This document shows, piece by piece, positions 1 through 9,715 of a stretch of DNA of 64,000 nucleotides. Numbering within the stretch: position 1 is the stretch's first letter; each line of letters starts with the position of its first letter. The notes under the pieces are model-generated. The model was given only the letters and a program-made list of their open reading frames with translations, did no database searches and was not told the DNA's origin. The position numbers and the translations under genes were made by a program. The DNA is from Candidatus Multivorans sp. (GTDB lineage Bacteria > Acidobacteriota > Thermoanaerobaculia > Multivoradales > Multivoraceae). The stretch covers positions 2,944,001 through 3,008,000 of the forward strand of contig OZ251997.1 in NCBI GenBank assembly GCA_965247095.1, read 5' to 3'.

Positions 1-88
1 ACCGTTGGGAGCCCCGGTGGGCGGCACGTCGGGCGAACACGCTCTAGGGTCAGGAGTCGTTCCGGATGGCAGTGGCATCAGGTTTGGC

Positions 89-2158
89 ATGGTTGGGCTG
101 ACGAAGGAGGCCATAGGCGCGGCCGCGTGCCCTTCGTTCAGACCGCCGCACGGAGTCGATGGGATGATCGATGCGGCCAAGCGTTGCCTGCTGAAGCAGC
201 AGAACCCGGATGGCCACTGGTGCGGCGAACTGGAGGGCGACACGATCCTGGAGTCCGAGTACGTGCTGCTGCTGTACTTTCTGGGCCGGGGGACCGATCC
301 GCAGACATCCAAGTGCTGCCAGCGAATCCGCGGCCAACAACTGAAGAGCGGTGGCTGGTCGATCTACCCGGGCGGTGGGACGGATGTTAGTGCTTCGGTC
401 AAGGCGTATCTGTGCCTGAAGCTCGACGGGGACGATCCGGAAGCGGCCCACATGCTGGCCGCGCGACGCGCCATCTGCTGCGCGGGCGGACTTCAGGCCT
501 GTAACTCGTTCACGAAGCTCTATCTGTCGATCTTCGGCCTGTGGAGTTGGCGGCGGGCGCCATCGGTGCCGCCCGAGATCGTCCTGCTGCCGCGCTGGTT
601 CTACTTCAACCTGTACGAGATGTCTTCCTGGTCACGGGCGATCCTCGTGCCCCTGTCGGTGATCTGGGCGCTGAAGCCCAGCGCGCCGCTTGCAGTTGGC
701 CTGGACGAGTTGCACACCAGCGTGTTGCCCAGCCGTCGCCGGCTGACCGCTTTCGAGCGGGGCTGGTCTGTTGTTTTCCGCGCAGTGGACCTGCTGATCA
801 AGTCTGTCGAGGACGTCGGCCCAGTCGCTCCCTGGCGACGCCGCGCACTCAAAGCGGCCGAGCGGTGGTTGGCTGCACGGATCGGAGAATCCGGCGGCCT
901 TGGGGCTATCTTCCCGGCGGTCGTCAACGCGGTCATCGCCCTGCGATGCCTTGGCTACGACGAGGATCATCCCCTCGTGGCCAGTCAACTGCGCGAACTC
1001 GAGAGGTTTGGGATCGAAGAGGAAGGCGAACTCCGTATACAGCCTTGCTTCCCGCCGGTTTGGGACACGGCGCTGTCGGCGAACGCTCTTCTGGCAGCGG
1101 GCGAGGACGCCTACAGTGACCCGATGCAGGACAGCCTGTGTTGGCTGCTCGACCGAGAAGTGACGGTCGCCGGGGACTGGCAGCACAAGAGTCTGCAGAC
1201 AGCTCCCGGCGGCTGGTTCTTCGAGTACCGGAATGAATCCTACCCGGACTGCGACGATACGTCGGAGATCCTGTTCCTGCTCGCTCGCCTCCACGGTCGG
1301 GACGCGGAGACGGAGGCCAGGCGGCGGGCCGCGGCAGCCCGGGGGTTGCGCTGGCTGCTGGGCCTGCAAAACCCGGACGGCGGGTGGGCGGCCTTCGACC
1401 GCCGCTGCGACAAGAAGGTCCTCACCCTCATTCCGTTCGCCGACCACAACGCGATGATCGATCCCAGCACGTCGGATATCACCGCGCGCGCGATCGTGGC
1501 CCTGCTGGCGCACGGCCACCCGGTCTCGAATCCACCACTCCGGCGGGCGACGGCTTTCCTGCTCCGAGAGCAGGAGGCCGACAGCTGTTGGTACGGCCGC
1601 TGGGGGGCGAACTACATCTATGGCACGTGGCTGGCGTTGAGCGCTCTTCGGCGGATCGCCGACGGCCTCGAGGCGGACTTGGTTGGCGCCGGCGCAGACG
1701 GGAGCAAGAATGGCGCTTCCCGGTTGATGAGCCAGCGCTTCGTGAATCGGCTAGCCGGCGCCATTCAGCGCGGACGTGACTGGCTGCTCAGTGTGCAGAA
1801 CGGGGACGGAGGCTGGGGTGAGTCTCTGAACTCCTACGACGACCCGCGCACCCGCGGTCAAGGCTCAAGTACGGCCTCCCAGACGGCCTGGGCCATGCTC
1901 GGTGTCATGGCGGCTTCCGAGCCGCAGCTGGCGGGCGGCGGCGCCGGTCGCGTCCCTCGGGCGCTGGAACGAGGCGTGTCCTTCCTTTCGGAGAGGCAGC
2001 GGCAGGATGGTTCGTGGTATGACCGGGAATGGACCGGCACCGGCTTTCCCCGCGTCTTCTATCTCCGGTACCACCTCTACGCTCAGTACTTCCCCCTTGA
2101 GGCGTTGGCCGCCTACCGCCGCCTCGGCCTGGCGGATTGGTCGGGGCCGGTGAACTGA
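89..2158 (+). CDS. shc: Squalene-hopene cyclase
   Basis: ORF 5..2158; catalytic YPDCDDT (DxDD), several QW repeats (QNPDGHW, QNPDGGW, QNGDGGWGE, QRQDGSW), WYGRWGANYIYGT, TGTGFPRVFYLRYH. Start uncertain (ATG 89 or 164). Confidence 0.97.
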   Translation: MVGLTKEAIGAAACPSFRPPHGVDGMIDAAKRCLLKQQNPDGHWCGELEGDTILESEYVLLLYFLGRGTDPQTSKCCQRIRGQQLKSGGWSIYPGGGTDVSASVKAYLCLKLDGDDPEAAHMLAARRAICCAGGLQACNSFTKLYLSIFGLWSWRRAPSVPPEIVLLPRWFYFNLYEMSSWSRAILVPLSVIWALKPSAPLAVGLDELHTSVLPSRRRLTAFERGWSVVFRAVDLLIKSVEDVGPVAPWRRRALKAAERWLAARIGESGGLGAIFPAVVNAVIALRCLGYDEDHPLVASQLRELERFGIEEEGELRIQPCFPPVWDTALSANALLAAGEDAYSDPMQDSLCWLLDREVTVAGDWQHKSLQTAPGGWFFEYRNESYPDCDDTSEILFLLARLHGRDAETEARRRAAAARGLRWLLGLQNPDGGWAAFDRRCDKKVLTLIPFADHNAMIDPSTSDITARAIVALLAHGHPVSNPPLRRATAFLLREQEADSCWYGRWGANYIYGTWLALSALRRIADGLEADLVGAGADGSKNGASRLMSQRFVNRLAGAIQRGRDWLLSVQNGDGGWGESLNSYDDPRTRGQGSSTASQTAWAMLGVMAASEPQLAGGGAGRVPRALERGVSFLSERQRQDGSWYDREWTGTGFPRVFYLRYHLYAQYFPLEALAAYRRLGLADWSGPVN

Positions 2159-2173
2159 GAACGGCGCCGAACA

Positions 2174-3175
2174 ATGCGAACCCCACTCCATATGGTGACG
2201 GACAACGTCAAGCACCAGGTGCGCAACGCCCTGGCGGGCAACCGCCGCTATCCCTTCGTCCTCATGCTGGAGCCCCTGTATACCTGCAACCTGGCCTGTA
2301 TCGGCTGCGCGGTGGAACGCCATACCGGCAAGTTGAAGGATCGTCTGCCGGTGTCAGATTGTCTCGACGCGGTCGATGTGACCGCGGCTCCTGTGGTTTC
2401 GATCTGCGGCGGCGAGCCGACGGTCTACCCCGAACTTCCGGAGCTGATCGAGGGCATCATCGCCCGGCGTCGGCATATCTACCTTTGCACCAACGCGTTG
2501 CTCCTGGACACCAAGGTCTTCGACCGTGTCGCGCCGAACAAGCGGTTGACGCTGAACATCCATCTGGATGGCATGAGGGAGACCCACGACTACGTCTGCG
2601 CTCGCGAGGGCGTGTTCGACAAAGCGGTCGAAATGCTCAGGACGGCCAAGGAACTCGGTTACCACGTCACCACCAACACGACGGTGTTCAAGGAGACGAA
2701 GATCGATGAGGTCGAAGAGCTATGCCGGTTTCTGCGAGATCTCGGCGTCGACGGCATCCTGATCTCGCCGGGCTACCAGTACCAGTCAGTGGGCCGGGAC
2801 ATCTTCCTGAGTCGCCAGGATACCGAGCGGAAGTTCAAGCGCATCCTCGAGATCGCGGACGGTTACAAGCTGACCTCGACCCCGATGTTCCTGGAGTTTG
2901 CCGCCGGTCTCAGGGACTACTCCTGTTCACCGTGGAGCACCGTGACCCGCACGCCCATGGGTTGGAAGGGACCCTGCTACCTGATCGGCAAGCGCTACTA
3001 CCCGACGTATCAGGAGTTCTGGGAAGAGACGGATTGGAGCTACTGGGAGTCGCGTCAGGACCCGCTATGTCGTAACTGTGCGATGCACTCGGGCTTCGAA
3101 GCATCGGTCGTGCGCGAGATCCACAAGAGCCCACGCGACGCAGTGCGTTTGGCTGCATGGTACGTGACCGGCTGA
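2174..3175 (+). CDS. hpnH: Hopanoid radical SAM adenosyl-hopane synthase HpnH
   Basis: YPFVLMLEPLYTCNLACIGC (CxxxCxxC), SICGGEP, C-terminal CxPW...PCYL...CRNCAMH; adjacent to shc. Confidence 0.93.
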   Translation: MRTPLHMVTDNVKHQVRNALAGNRRYPFVLMLEPLYTCNLACIGCAVERHTGKLKDRLPVSDCLDAVDVTAAPVVSICGGEPTVYPELPELIEGIIARRRHIYLCTNALLLDTKVFDRVAPNKRLTLNIHLDGMRETHDYVCAREGVFDKAVEMLRTAKELGYHVTTNTTVFKETKIDEVEELCRFLRDLGVDGILISPGYQYQSVGRDIFLSRQDTERKFKRILEIADGYKLTSTPMFLEFAAGLRDYSCSPWSTVTRTPMGWKGPCYLIGKRYYPTYQEFWEETDWSYWESRQDPLCRNCAMHSGFEASVVREIHKSPRDAVRLAAWYVTG

Positions 3176-3227
3176 GCGATCGACTGCGCCGCCACTCGGG
3201 GTTTCCAGTCCGCGTCGTGCGCTCTCA

Positions 3228-4220
3228 GTGACGGTCCTGGTCACCGGCGGCACCGGCTTCGTCGGCGCGCACGTCGTCCGGGCGCTGCTCGCCCGCAGGG
3301 ACGACGTTCGTTGCTTGGTAAGAGCCGCCTCAGACTGCGCCAATCTCGAGGGCCTGGACGTGCAATTGGTCGAGGGCGATCTGCGGGCCAGGGCAAGCCT
3401 CGACGCGGCCTGCGGAGACTGCGAACAGGTGTACCACTGCGCTGCGGACTATCGGCTGTACGTCCGTGACCCCAACCAACTCTACGCCTCGAATGTCGAC
3501 GGAACACGGAACTTGCTGGCCGCCGCAGCGAAGTCCGGCGCCCGGCGCATTGTCTACACGAGCTCGGTCGGCGCCCTCGGGTTGGAACCCGGCGGCCAGC
3601 CGGCGACCGAGGCCACGCCAGCCACCGAGGCGTCCATGGTCGGGCATTACAAGCGAAGCAAGTACCTCGCCGAGCGCGTCGCCGAACGAGCCGCGAGGGA
3701 CGGTGTGCCCGTGGTCATCGTCAACCCCTCTACACCAGTCGGCGAGCTGGACATCAAACCGACGCCGACTGGACGGATCGTGGTCGACTTTCTGAACCGC
3801 CGCATGCCGGCCTACGTTGACACGGGACTGAATTTGATCGATGTCCGCGATGTCGCCCACGGTCACCTGCTGGCGGCCGAGCGTGGCCGCGTGGGTGAGA
3901 AGTACATCCTCGGGCACCGAAACTTCACCCTGCGGGAGTTGTTGCACCTCCTGGCCGAGATCACCGGCCTCAGGGCGCCGCGTTTGCGGCTGCCGCATTG
4001 GCTACCGCTCGTCTTCGCCGCTGCTGGTACCGGCTGGGCGGAGGTTACCGGAGGGGAACCGCGGGTTTCGCTCGAGAGCGCGCGCATGGCCCGGCGCCGG
4101 ATGTTCTTCGACGCCGCCAAGGCGGTTCGAGAGTTGGGGCTGCCCCAAACGCCAGTCGTCAACGCGCTGGAGCGGGCGGTCGGATGGTTCGAGGCGAACG
4201 GGTACGTGCGGAAGCCGTGA
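3228..4220 (+). CDS. hpnA: Hopanoid-associated NAD-dependent epimerase/dehydratase HpnA
   Basis: VTGGTGFVG, HCAADYRL, YKRSK, VNPSTPVG..DIKPTPTG; in hopanoid cluster. Confidence 0.92.
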   Translation: MTVLVTGGTGFVGAHVVRALLARRDDVRCLVRAASDCANLEGLDVQLVEGDLRARASLDAACGDCEQVYHCAADYRLYVRDPNQLYASNVDGTRNLLAAAAKSGARRIVYTSSVGALGLEPGGQPATEATPATEASMVGHYKRSKYLAERVAERAARDGVPVVIVNPSTPVGELDIKPTPTGRIVVDFLNRRMPAYVDTGLNLIDVRDVAHGHLLAAERGRVGEKYILGHRNFTLRELLHLLAEITGLRAPRLRLPHWLPLVFAAAGTGWAEVTGGEPRVSLESARMARRRMFFDAAKAVRELGLPQTPVVNALERAVGWFEANGYVRKP

Positions 4221-4272
4221 CGAGATCGGCGACTGGACTGGGGTCACATTGGGCGGCGTGCCCGGGGCGGCC

Positions 4273-5034
4273 ATGACGGCCATGGGACGTTCCGGTGCCG
4301 GCGCCCGAACCGTCTACCTCGCTGCGATGAGGTTCGAGGTTGCGGCCTTGCTCAGACGCCTCGAGGACGCGCGCCGCGTTCCCGGGCCGGGGGGATCGCC
4401 CGCTGTGGTGGGGCGTATTGGCGGCGCCGACGTGGTGATCGCCGTATCCGGCGTCGGCGCGCGCCGTGCCCGAGCGACGGCCGACTGGTGTGTCCGTCTG
4501 GCGGCGCGCGACACGTGTCGGCAGGCGGTGTGGATCGGTGTCGCCGGCGCCCTGTCGCCCGATCTTGCGGTCGGCGACCTGGTGGCGGCCGAGAGCGTCG
4601 TGGCAGAGGACGGCTCCACCGGTCTTGACCTGGATGCGGACTTGGCCGCCCAGCTTGCGACTCGGGGCTGCGTCCTCGGCCGGTTGGTCACCGTGCCCGG
4701 CCTCGTGGTCCGAGCCGAAGAGAAGGCGGCGCTTTGGCGTCGGACGGGAAGCGTGCCGCTGACCGCAGTGGATATGGAGACCTGGGAGGCGGCGCGGCTG
4801 TTTCAAGCTGCCGGTGTCCGTTTCGCTGCGGTGCGAGCGATCAGTGACACGGCGGCGGAGAATCTGCCAGCGGTGCTCGAAGCGGCGATGCGGTCCGATG
4901 GCAGGTTGAACCGGAGCTTGATCGCCCGCCGCGCATTGCTGCAGCCGGCAAGTTGGGCGGCGCTCGGCCGGCTGCGCCGTGCGGCGGCTGCTTGCGCCGA
5001 ACCGCTTGCCGCGGCCGCGGCTTCGCTCGCGTGA
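4273..5034 (+). CDS. hpnG: Hopanoid-associated nucleoside phosphorylase (MTA/SAH nucleosidase family)
   Basis: 3' part of ORF 3841..5034: SGVG, GVAGAL, AVDMET, VRAISD; follows hpnH/hpnA. Start set at ATG 4273. Confidence 0.8.
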   Translation: MTAMGRSGAGARTVYLAAMRFEVAALLRRLEDARRVPGPGGSPAVVGRIGGADVVIAVSGVGARRARATADWCVRLAARDTCRQAVWIGVAGALSPDLAVGDLVAAESVVAEDGSTGLDLDADLAAQLATRGCVLGRLVTVPGLVVRAEEKAALWRRTGSVPLTAVDMETWEAARLFQAAGVRFAAVRAISDTAAENLPAVLEAAMRSDGRLNRSLIARRALLQPASWAALGRLRRAAAACAEPLAAAAASLA

Positions 5035-5147
5035 TGCCATCCACTCCCTCCTCTGGCGTCGATCGCCGGCGACGCTGGCAGCCCACCAAGGAGAGGTACC
5101 TAAGGTCGTTGCGCTCAAGGTGTTGCGGTAGACTGACCGGATGATCT

Positions 5148-6209
5148 TTGGCCTCCCCTCGTAGCGTGAGCACCCGGCCCCTGTTGGCAGCCGCGGAGGG
5201 AGAGCGCGACCGCAAGGCTGAGCACATCCGGCTGGCGCTTGATCGGCGCATGCAGGTCGAGCGGAGCTACTTCGACGACTACCGGTTCGAGCATCGGGCG
5301 CTGCCCGAGATCGACTTCGATGATGTGAGGATCGGCGCCGAGTTCCTGGGGCGGGAGCTGAAGGCGCCGCTGCTCATTTCGTGCATGACCGGGGGCACGG
5401 GGGTTGCGGAGCAGATCAACCGGCGTCTGGCGGAGGCGGCCGAGGCGGGGCGCGTTGCTCTGGGAGTCGGGTCGCAGCGCAAGGCGATCGACGATCCGGA
5501 GACGGCGGCGACGTTCCGGGTTCGGGAGTTCGCGCCGAACGTGCCGATCCTGGCCAACCTGGGCGCGGTGCAACTGAACTACGGCTACGGCATCGACGAG
5601 TGCCGGGCGGCGGTCGACATGGTCGAAGCGGACGCCCTGGTGCTGCACTTGAACGCGCTGCAGGAGGCGTTGCAGCCGGAGGGGCAGTTGAACTTCCGGG
5701 GCCTGCTGCCGAAGATTGCGCGTGTGGTCGAGGCGATGGAGGTGCCGGTGATCGTCAAGGAGATCGGTAGCGGCATCTCCGGGACGGTCGGCCGGGAGTT
5801 GGCGAACGTTGGCGTCCGGATCCTGGATACGGCGGGTGTGGGCGGTACGAGCTGGGCGCGGATCGAGGCGGCGCGGGCCGACGAGATCGTGCTCGGCGAG
5901 CGCTTCGCCGACTGGGGGCTGCCGACGCCGGAGTCGATCCGCCAGTTGGCCCAGGTGCCCGGTGTGCAGGTGATCGGCAGCGGCGGCCTCCGGTCGGGCA
6001 TCGACGCCGCGAAGGCGCTGGCGCTCGGCGCCGACATCGCCGGCATGGCCTTCCCGTTCCTGGAGGCTGCGAACGCGTCGACCGCCGCGGTGATCGATCG
6101 GATCGATCGCACAGCCTTTGAGCTGCGCATCTCCATGTTCTGCACCGGGGCTGTGGATGTCGCGGCATTGCGCCGGGCGCCCTTGCTGCGCGGGAGTGGC
6201 GATGGCTGA
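5148..6209 (+). CDS. fni: Type 2 (FMN-dependent) isopentenyl-diphosphate isomerase
   Basis: RKAEHI, MTGG, GVGSQR, NLGAVQL, HLNALQE..QPEG, VKEIGSG, GGTSW, SGGLR. Start TTG 5148 or GTG 5166. Confidence 0.96.
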   Translation: MASPRSVSTRPLLAAAEGERDRKAEHIRLALDRRMQVERSYFDDYRFEHRALPEIDFDDVRIGAEFLGRELKAPLLISCMTGGTGVAEQINRRLAEAAEAGRVALGVGSQRKAIDDPETAATFRVREFAPNVPILANLGAVQLNYGYGIDECRAAVDMVEADALVLHLNALQEALQPEGQLNFRGLLPKIARVVEAMEVPVIVKEIGSGISGTVGRELANVGVRILDTAGVGGTSWARIEAARADEIVLGERFADWGLPTPESIRQLAQVPGVQVIGSGGLRSGIDAAKALALGADIAGMAFPFLEAANASTAAVIDRIDRTAFELRISMFCTGAVDVAALRRAPLLRGSGDG

Positions 6210-7461
6210 TCGACTGAGTCCTGAGCTCGAGACGGCGGCGGCCGAGATGGCCGGCGCAGAACGCGGATTCCACCGGTTGCCGCAGGATCTCGACGCGACG
6301 GCAAAAGCCGCGGTTCGGCGTCGGGCCCTGGACCTCGCGAGCGGCAGCGGGCCGCTCAGCGCCATCGGCAGCTACACCCTGGACGACGAACGAGCGTCCA
6401 GTCAGCACTGCGAGAACTTCATCGGCGCCGCCCAGGTGCCGATGGGCGTGGCCGGCCCGGTCCTGGTGCGGGGCAGCGAGATCGACGGCACGGTCTTTGT
6501 ACCGATGGCGACCACCGAGGGCGCCCTGCTCGCGAGCGTGAACCGCGGCTGCCGCGCGATCACCGCGGCCGGCGGCGTCACCGTGTTCGTCGAGGACATC
6601 GGCATGACCCGGGCGCCGGTCTTCCGTACCAGCGGGATCAAGGAGAGCCGGCGCCTGCTCGACTGGCTGCAGGCGAACGAGGAGACGGTCCGCGCCAAGG
6701 CCCAGGAGACGAGCCGCTATCTGAAGCTGCTCGAGATCCGCCCTTCGGTGGTCGGCAGCACGGTCTTCTTGCGGTTCCGCTTCGCCACCGGCGACGCGAT
6801 GGGCATGAACATGGTGACGATCGCCGTCGACCGCGTCGTGTCCGAACTCATCGAACCGGAGACCGGCGTCGAGTGCGTCGCTCTCTCCGGCAACTACTGC
6901 GTCGACAAGAAGCCCTCCGCGGTCAACTACCAGCTCGGACGCGGTAAGCGCATCCACGCCGAAGTCGTACTCGACGAGTTGACCGTGCGCAAGGTGCTCA
7001 AGTCGGAGGCGAAGGCGCTCCAGGATGTCGCCTACCGCAAGAACCTTCTCGGTTCGGTGGCGGCCGGCGCGCTCGCCTTCAACGCCCAGTTCGCCAACGT
7101 GCTCGCGGCGGTGTTCGTGGCCTGCGGCCAGGACGTCGCCCACGTGGTCGAGGGTGCGATGGGCGTTGCGTCGTTCGAGGCTCGGGACAACGGATCGGTC
7201 TACGCTTCGGTCTACATGCCGGACGTGCCGTTGGCCGCGATCGGCGGCGGCACGGGTCTGGACACGCAGCGCGAGGCGCTCGAGGTGATGGGCGTGAGGC
7301 CCGACCGGGATCGGCCCGGTGCGGCGGTGCGGCGCCTGGCCGAAATCGTCGGCGCGGTCGTCCTGGCCGGCGAACTCTCGCTGACCGCGGCGTTCACCTC
7401 GCGCGATCTGGCGCGGGCGCACGAGCGGCTGGCCCGCTCTGGCCCGGCGAACGAGGACTGA
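6202..7461 (+). CDS. hmgA: HMG-CoA reductase, class I (NADPH) type
   Basis: CENFIG, PMATTEGALLAS, TGDAMGMNM, SGNYCVDKKP, GQDVAHVVE, GGGT, C-terminal catalytic His (LARAHERL). ATG 6202 overlaps the fni end. Confidence 0.96.
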   Translation: MADRLSPELETAAAEMAGAERGFHRLPQDLDATAKAAVRRRALDLASGSGPLSAIGSYTLDDERASSQHCENFIGAAQVPMGVAGPVLVRGSEIDGTVFVPMATTEGALLASVNRGCRAITAAGGVTVFVEDIGMTRAPVFRTSGIKESRRLLDWLQANEETVRAKAQETSRYLKLLEIRPSVVGSTVFLRFRFATGDAMGMNMVTIAVDRVVSELIEPETGVECVALSGNYCVDKKPSAVNYQLGRGKRIHAEVVLDELTVRKVLKSEAKALQDVAYRKNLLGSVAAGALAFNAQFANVLAAVFVACGQDVAHVVEGAMGVASFEARDNGSVYASVYMPDVPLAAIGGGTGLDTQREALEVMGVRPDRDRPGAAVRRLAEIVGAVVLAGELSLTAAFTSRDLARAHERLARSGPANED

Positions 7462-7470
7462 TCGCCGGCC

Positions 7471-8571
7471 ATGGCCGACGCCACATCGGTGCGGCTGAGC
7501 GTGCCCGGGAAGGTGATCCTGATGGGCGAGCACGCCGCCGTCTACGGGCGACCGGCGGTGGTGGCTGCTGTTGATCGTCGGCTTGAGGTGGAAGCGTGTC
7601 TGGGGCCGGTCAGCCGCGGGTTGGTGCGCGGCCGGGTTCGTCTCGACCTGCCGGACATCGATGTCCTGGAGGAGCATTCCTGGTCGGAAGTGGAGGAGTT
7701 CGCGAACCGGGCACGCCGGCGCTGGCGCGCGTTCCAGGCCGGGGAAGAGTCCTTCCGGGCGGATCGTGATCGCAACGCCCTGGTCCGCATCGCGGTCGGT
7801 GAGGCGCTGGCATCGTTGGCGCCGCCGGCGTTGGCCAGCTTGCAGAAGCGGTCGCTCGAACTGCGGCTGCGGTCGGCGATCCCGGTCGGCGCCGGGCTGG
7901 GCAGTTCGGCGGCGGCCGCGGTTGGCGTGGTCGCTGCGGTGCGGGCAGTGGCGGGTGGCTTCGACGGAGACGAACTCGCGGCGATCGAGGGCGCTGCGCT
8001 CGAAGTCGAACGGCGTCAGCACGGGTTTCCGTCGGGGATCGACAGCGGTACGGTCCTGCGTGGCGGCGTCCTCCTCGTGCGACGCGAGGGCGAAGAGCTG
8101 CGCTGCGATGACCTGCCGCAGCGGGATTGGCTGCGATGCGGCACCCTGATCGTCGATAGCGGAACGCCCGGTCAGACGACGGGCGCCGTGGTCACGACCG
8201 TTCGCATGCGCTACGAACGGGATCCCGATGGGGTTGCCGAGGTGCTCGACCGCATCGGCGCGGCGGCGGAGGCCTTTCGCGAGGCCCTCGTCGCGGACAG
8301 GGAGCCTCAGGCGGCGGCTGCGATCGCGGCGGGGCACCGCGGCCTGGTTGATCTCGGCGTCGTACCGCCGGCGATCGCGACGCGGATCGGCCGGGTCGAG
8401 GCTGCGGGCGGCGCCGCGAAGGTCTCGGGCGCCGGCGCGTTCGAGGGCGAGTCGGCGGGAGCGCTGGTCTGCATGCTCGGGGGACGGGACGTGGGTACGG
8501 TCGAAGGCCTGTCGGATCTCGCGCCGGTCGATGCGGCCATAGGCGCCGAGGGTCTGCGGTTCGAGGACTGA
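7471..8571 (+). CDS. mvk: Mevalonate kinase (GHMP family)
   Basis: PGKVILMGEHAAVYG, PVGAGLGSSAA, HGFPSGID, KVSGAG. Confidence 0.9.
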   Translation: MADATSVRLSVPGKVILMGEHAAVYGRPAVVAAVDRRLEVEACLGPVSRGLVRGRVRLDLPDIDVLEEHSWSEVEEFANRARRRWRAFQAGEESFRADRDRNALVRIAVGEALASLAPPALASLQKRSLELRLRSAIPVGAGLGSSAAAAVGVVAAVRAVAGGFDGDELAAIEGAALEVERRQHGFPSGIDSGTVLRGGVLLVRREGEELRCDDLPQRDWLRCGTLIVDSGTPGQTTGAVVTTVRMRYERDPDGVAEVLDRIGAAAEAFREALVADREPQAAAAIAAGHRGLVDLGVVPPAIATRIGRVEAAGGAAKVSGAGAFEGESAGALVCMLGGRDVGTVEGLSDLAPVDAAIGAEGLRFED

Positions 8572-8648
8572 CCTTGGGAGCCGAATGCGGCCGACCTGCC
8601 GGCGTTTCCAAGGCGGCTGTGCGGCGGCTGTAGGCTCGGCAGCGAATC

Positions 8649-9713
8649 ATGAGTTCCACCTTCGAACCGGCGCGCGAGCCGGGCCCGGTGACCGCGGAGG
8701 CGCCGTCGAACATCGCCTTCATCAAGTACTGGGGCGCCCGCGATCTCGAAGGCGATTCTGAGGGTCCGGTGCCGTTCAACCGATCCCTGTCGATGACCCT
8801 CGACGCGTGCCGTTCCATCTGTTCGGCGTCGCCGCTCCCGGACGGCAGGGACGACGAGATCTCGTGGCTGGACAAGCCGGCCGGCGACCGGCCGGGCGCC
8901 CCGGTCGAGCCGCCCCCGGCCTTCGTCGAGCGCACGAAGCGGCACCTCGACCGGCTGCGCGAGTGGTCGCGTCAGACCGCGGCGCCGTACGCAGGCGGGT
9001 TCCGGATCGCGACGTACAACACCTTCCCGACGGCTGCCGGCATCGCCTCGTCGGCTTCCGGTTTCACGGCCTTGACGCTTGCCGTCGCGACCTGCATGGG
9101 CTTCGACCTCGCGCCGCGAACGCTCTCCGGGCTGTCGCGGAGCAGCGGGTCGGGTTCGGCCGCGCGTTCCGCCTGGGGCGGCTACGTGGAGTGGCCGGAC
9201 GCGGACAGCAAGGCGGCAGTTCAGATCCTGGACGAGCGGGCCTGGGTGCTGTGCGATCTGGTCGCCGTCGTCGAGACCGGGGCGAAGAAGGTGTCGTCGC
9301 GGGACGGCCACCGGCGGGCCGAGAGCAGTCCATACTTCGCGCCGCGTCTGGCCGCGCTCGACGGAAGGCTGGAGCGGGTGCGCGCCGCGTTGTGTGGCCG
9401 CGACTTCGAGGCGCTCGGCGACGCGGTCGAGGAGGAGGGGATCGAGCTGCACCTGATCGCGATGTCCTCCCGGCCGCCGGTCTACTACTGGTCGCCGGGG
9501 ACGATCGAGGTGCTGGCGGCGGTCCGCGGCTTGCGGGCCGACGGCGTTGCCGCCTACGCCACGATGGACGCCGGCGCGAACGTCCACGTGATCTGCCAAC
9601 CGGCCGATGCGCCGCAGGTGGCGGACCGGTTGGAGGCGCTCGACAGCGTCCAGTACGTCCTGCGCGACCGCACCGGGGGCCCGCCGGTGTGGCGGAGCGG
9701 CGCCGAACTCTGA
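8649..9713 (+). CDS. mvaD: MvaD-family decarboxylase, probably mevalonate-5-phosphate decarboxylase
   Basis: APSNIAFIKYWG, FPTAAGIASSASG, SGSGSAARS, TMDAGANVH. Substrate inferred from the adjacent IPK and absence of PMK. Confidence 0.9.
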   Translation: MSSTFEPAREPGPVTAEAPSNIAFIKYWGARDLEGDSEGPVPFNRSLSMTLDACRSICSASPLPDGRDDEISWLDKPAGDRPGAPVEPPPAFVERTKRHLDRLREWSRQTAAPYAGGFRIATYNTFPTAAGIASSASGFTALTLAVATCMGFDLAPRTLSGLSRSSGSGSAARSAWGGYVEWPDADSKAAVQILDERAWVLCDLVAVVETGAKKVSSRDGHRRAESSPYFAPRLAALDGRLERVRAALCGRDFEALGDAVEEEGIELHLIAMSSRPPVYYWSPGTIEVLAAVRGLRADGVAAYATMDAGANVHVICQPADAPQVADRLEALDSVQYVLRDRTGGPPVWRSGAEL

Positions 9714-9715
9714 TC

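Noticed and set aside
1657-1760. About 30-aa Gly/Ala-rich insertion in SHC as a sign of a novel cyclase
   Set aside because: It lies between QW repeats in a likely surface loop; the catalytic motifs are canonical.
5141-5164. Tiny ORF MIFGLPS after a TAGACT -10-like hexamer upstream of fni
   Set aside because: Too short to distinguish from chance; at most it hints at a separate promoter for the MVA operon.
5755-8337. 860-aa minus-strand ORF, and similar long ORFs (5115..6365, 8307..9599, 12071..13684, 33747..35156, 38059..39387, 43175..45028, 60561..62165)
   Set aside because: Antisense or off-frame shadows of clear genes in high-GC DNA; Arg/Pro/Ala-rich with no motifs.
7471-8571. Possibility that this GHMP kinase is a phosphomevalonate kinase
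   Set aside because: GEHAAVYG and HG.PSGID match mevalonate kinase; it is the only such kinase in the operon.
8807-9715. Apparent long N-terminal extension of IPK (likewise hpnG 3841, pilD 27049, pilX 29957, tldE 36946, cdsA 60790)
   Set aside because: Each extension overlaps the upstream gene out of frame; better starts exist at or near the upstream stop.
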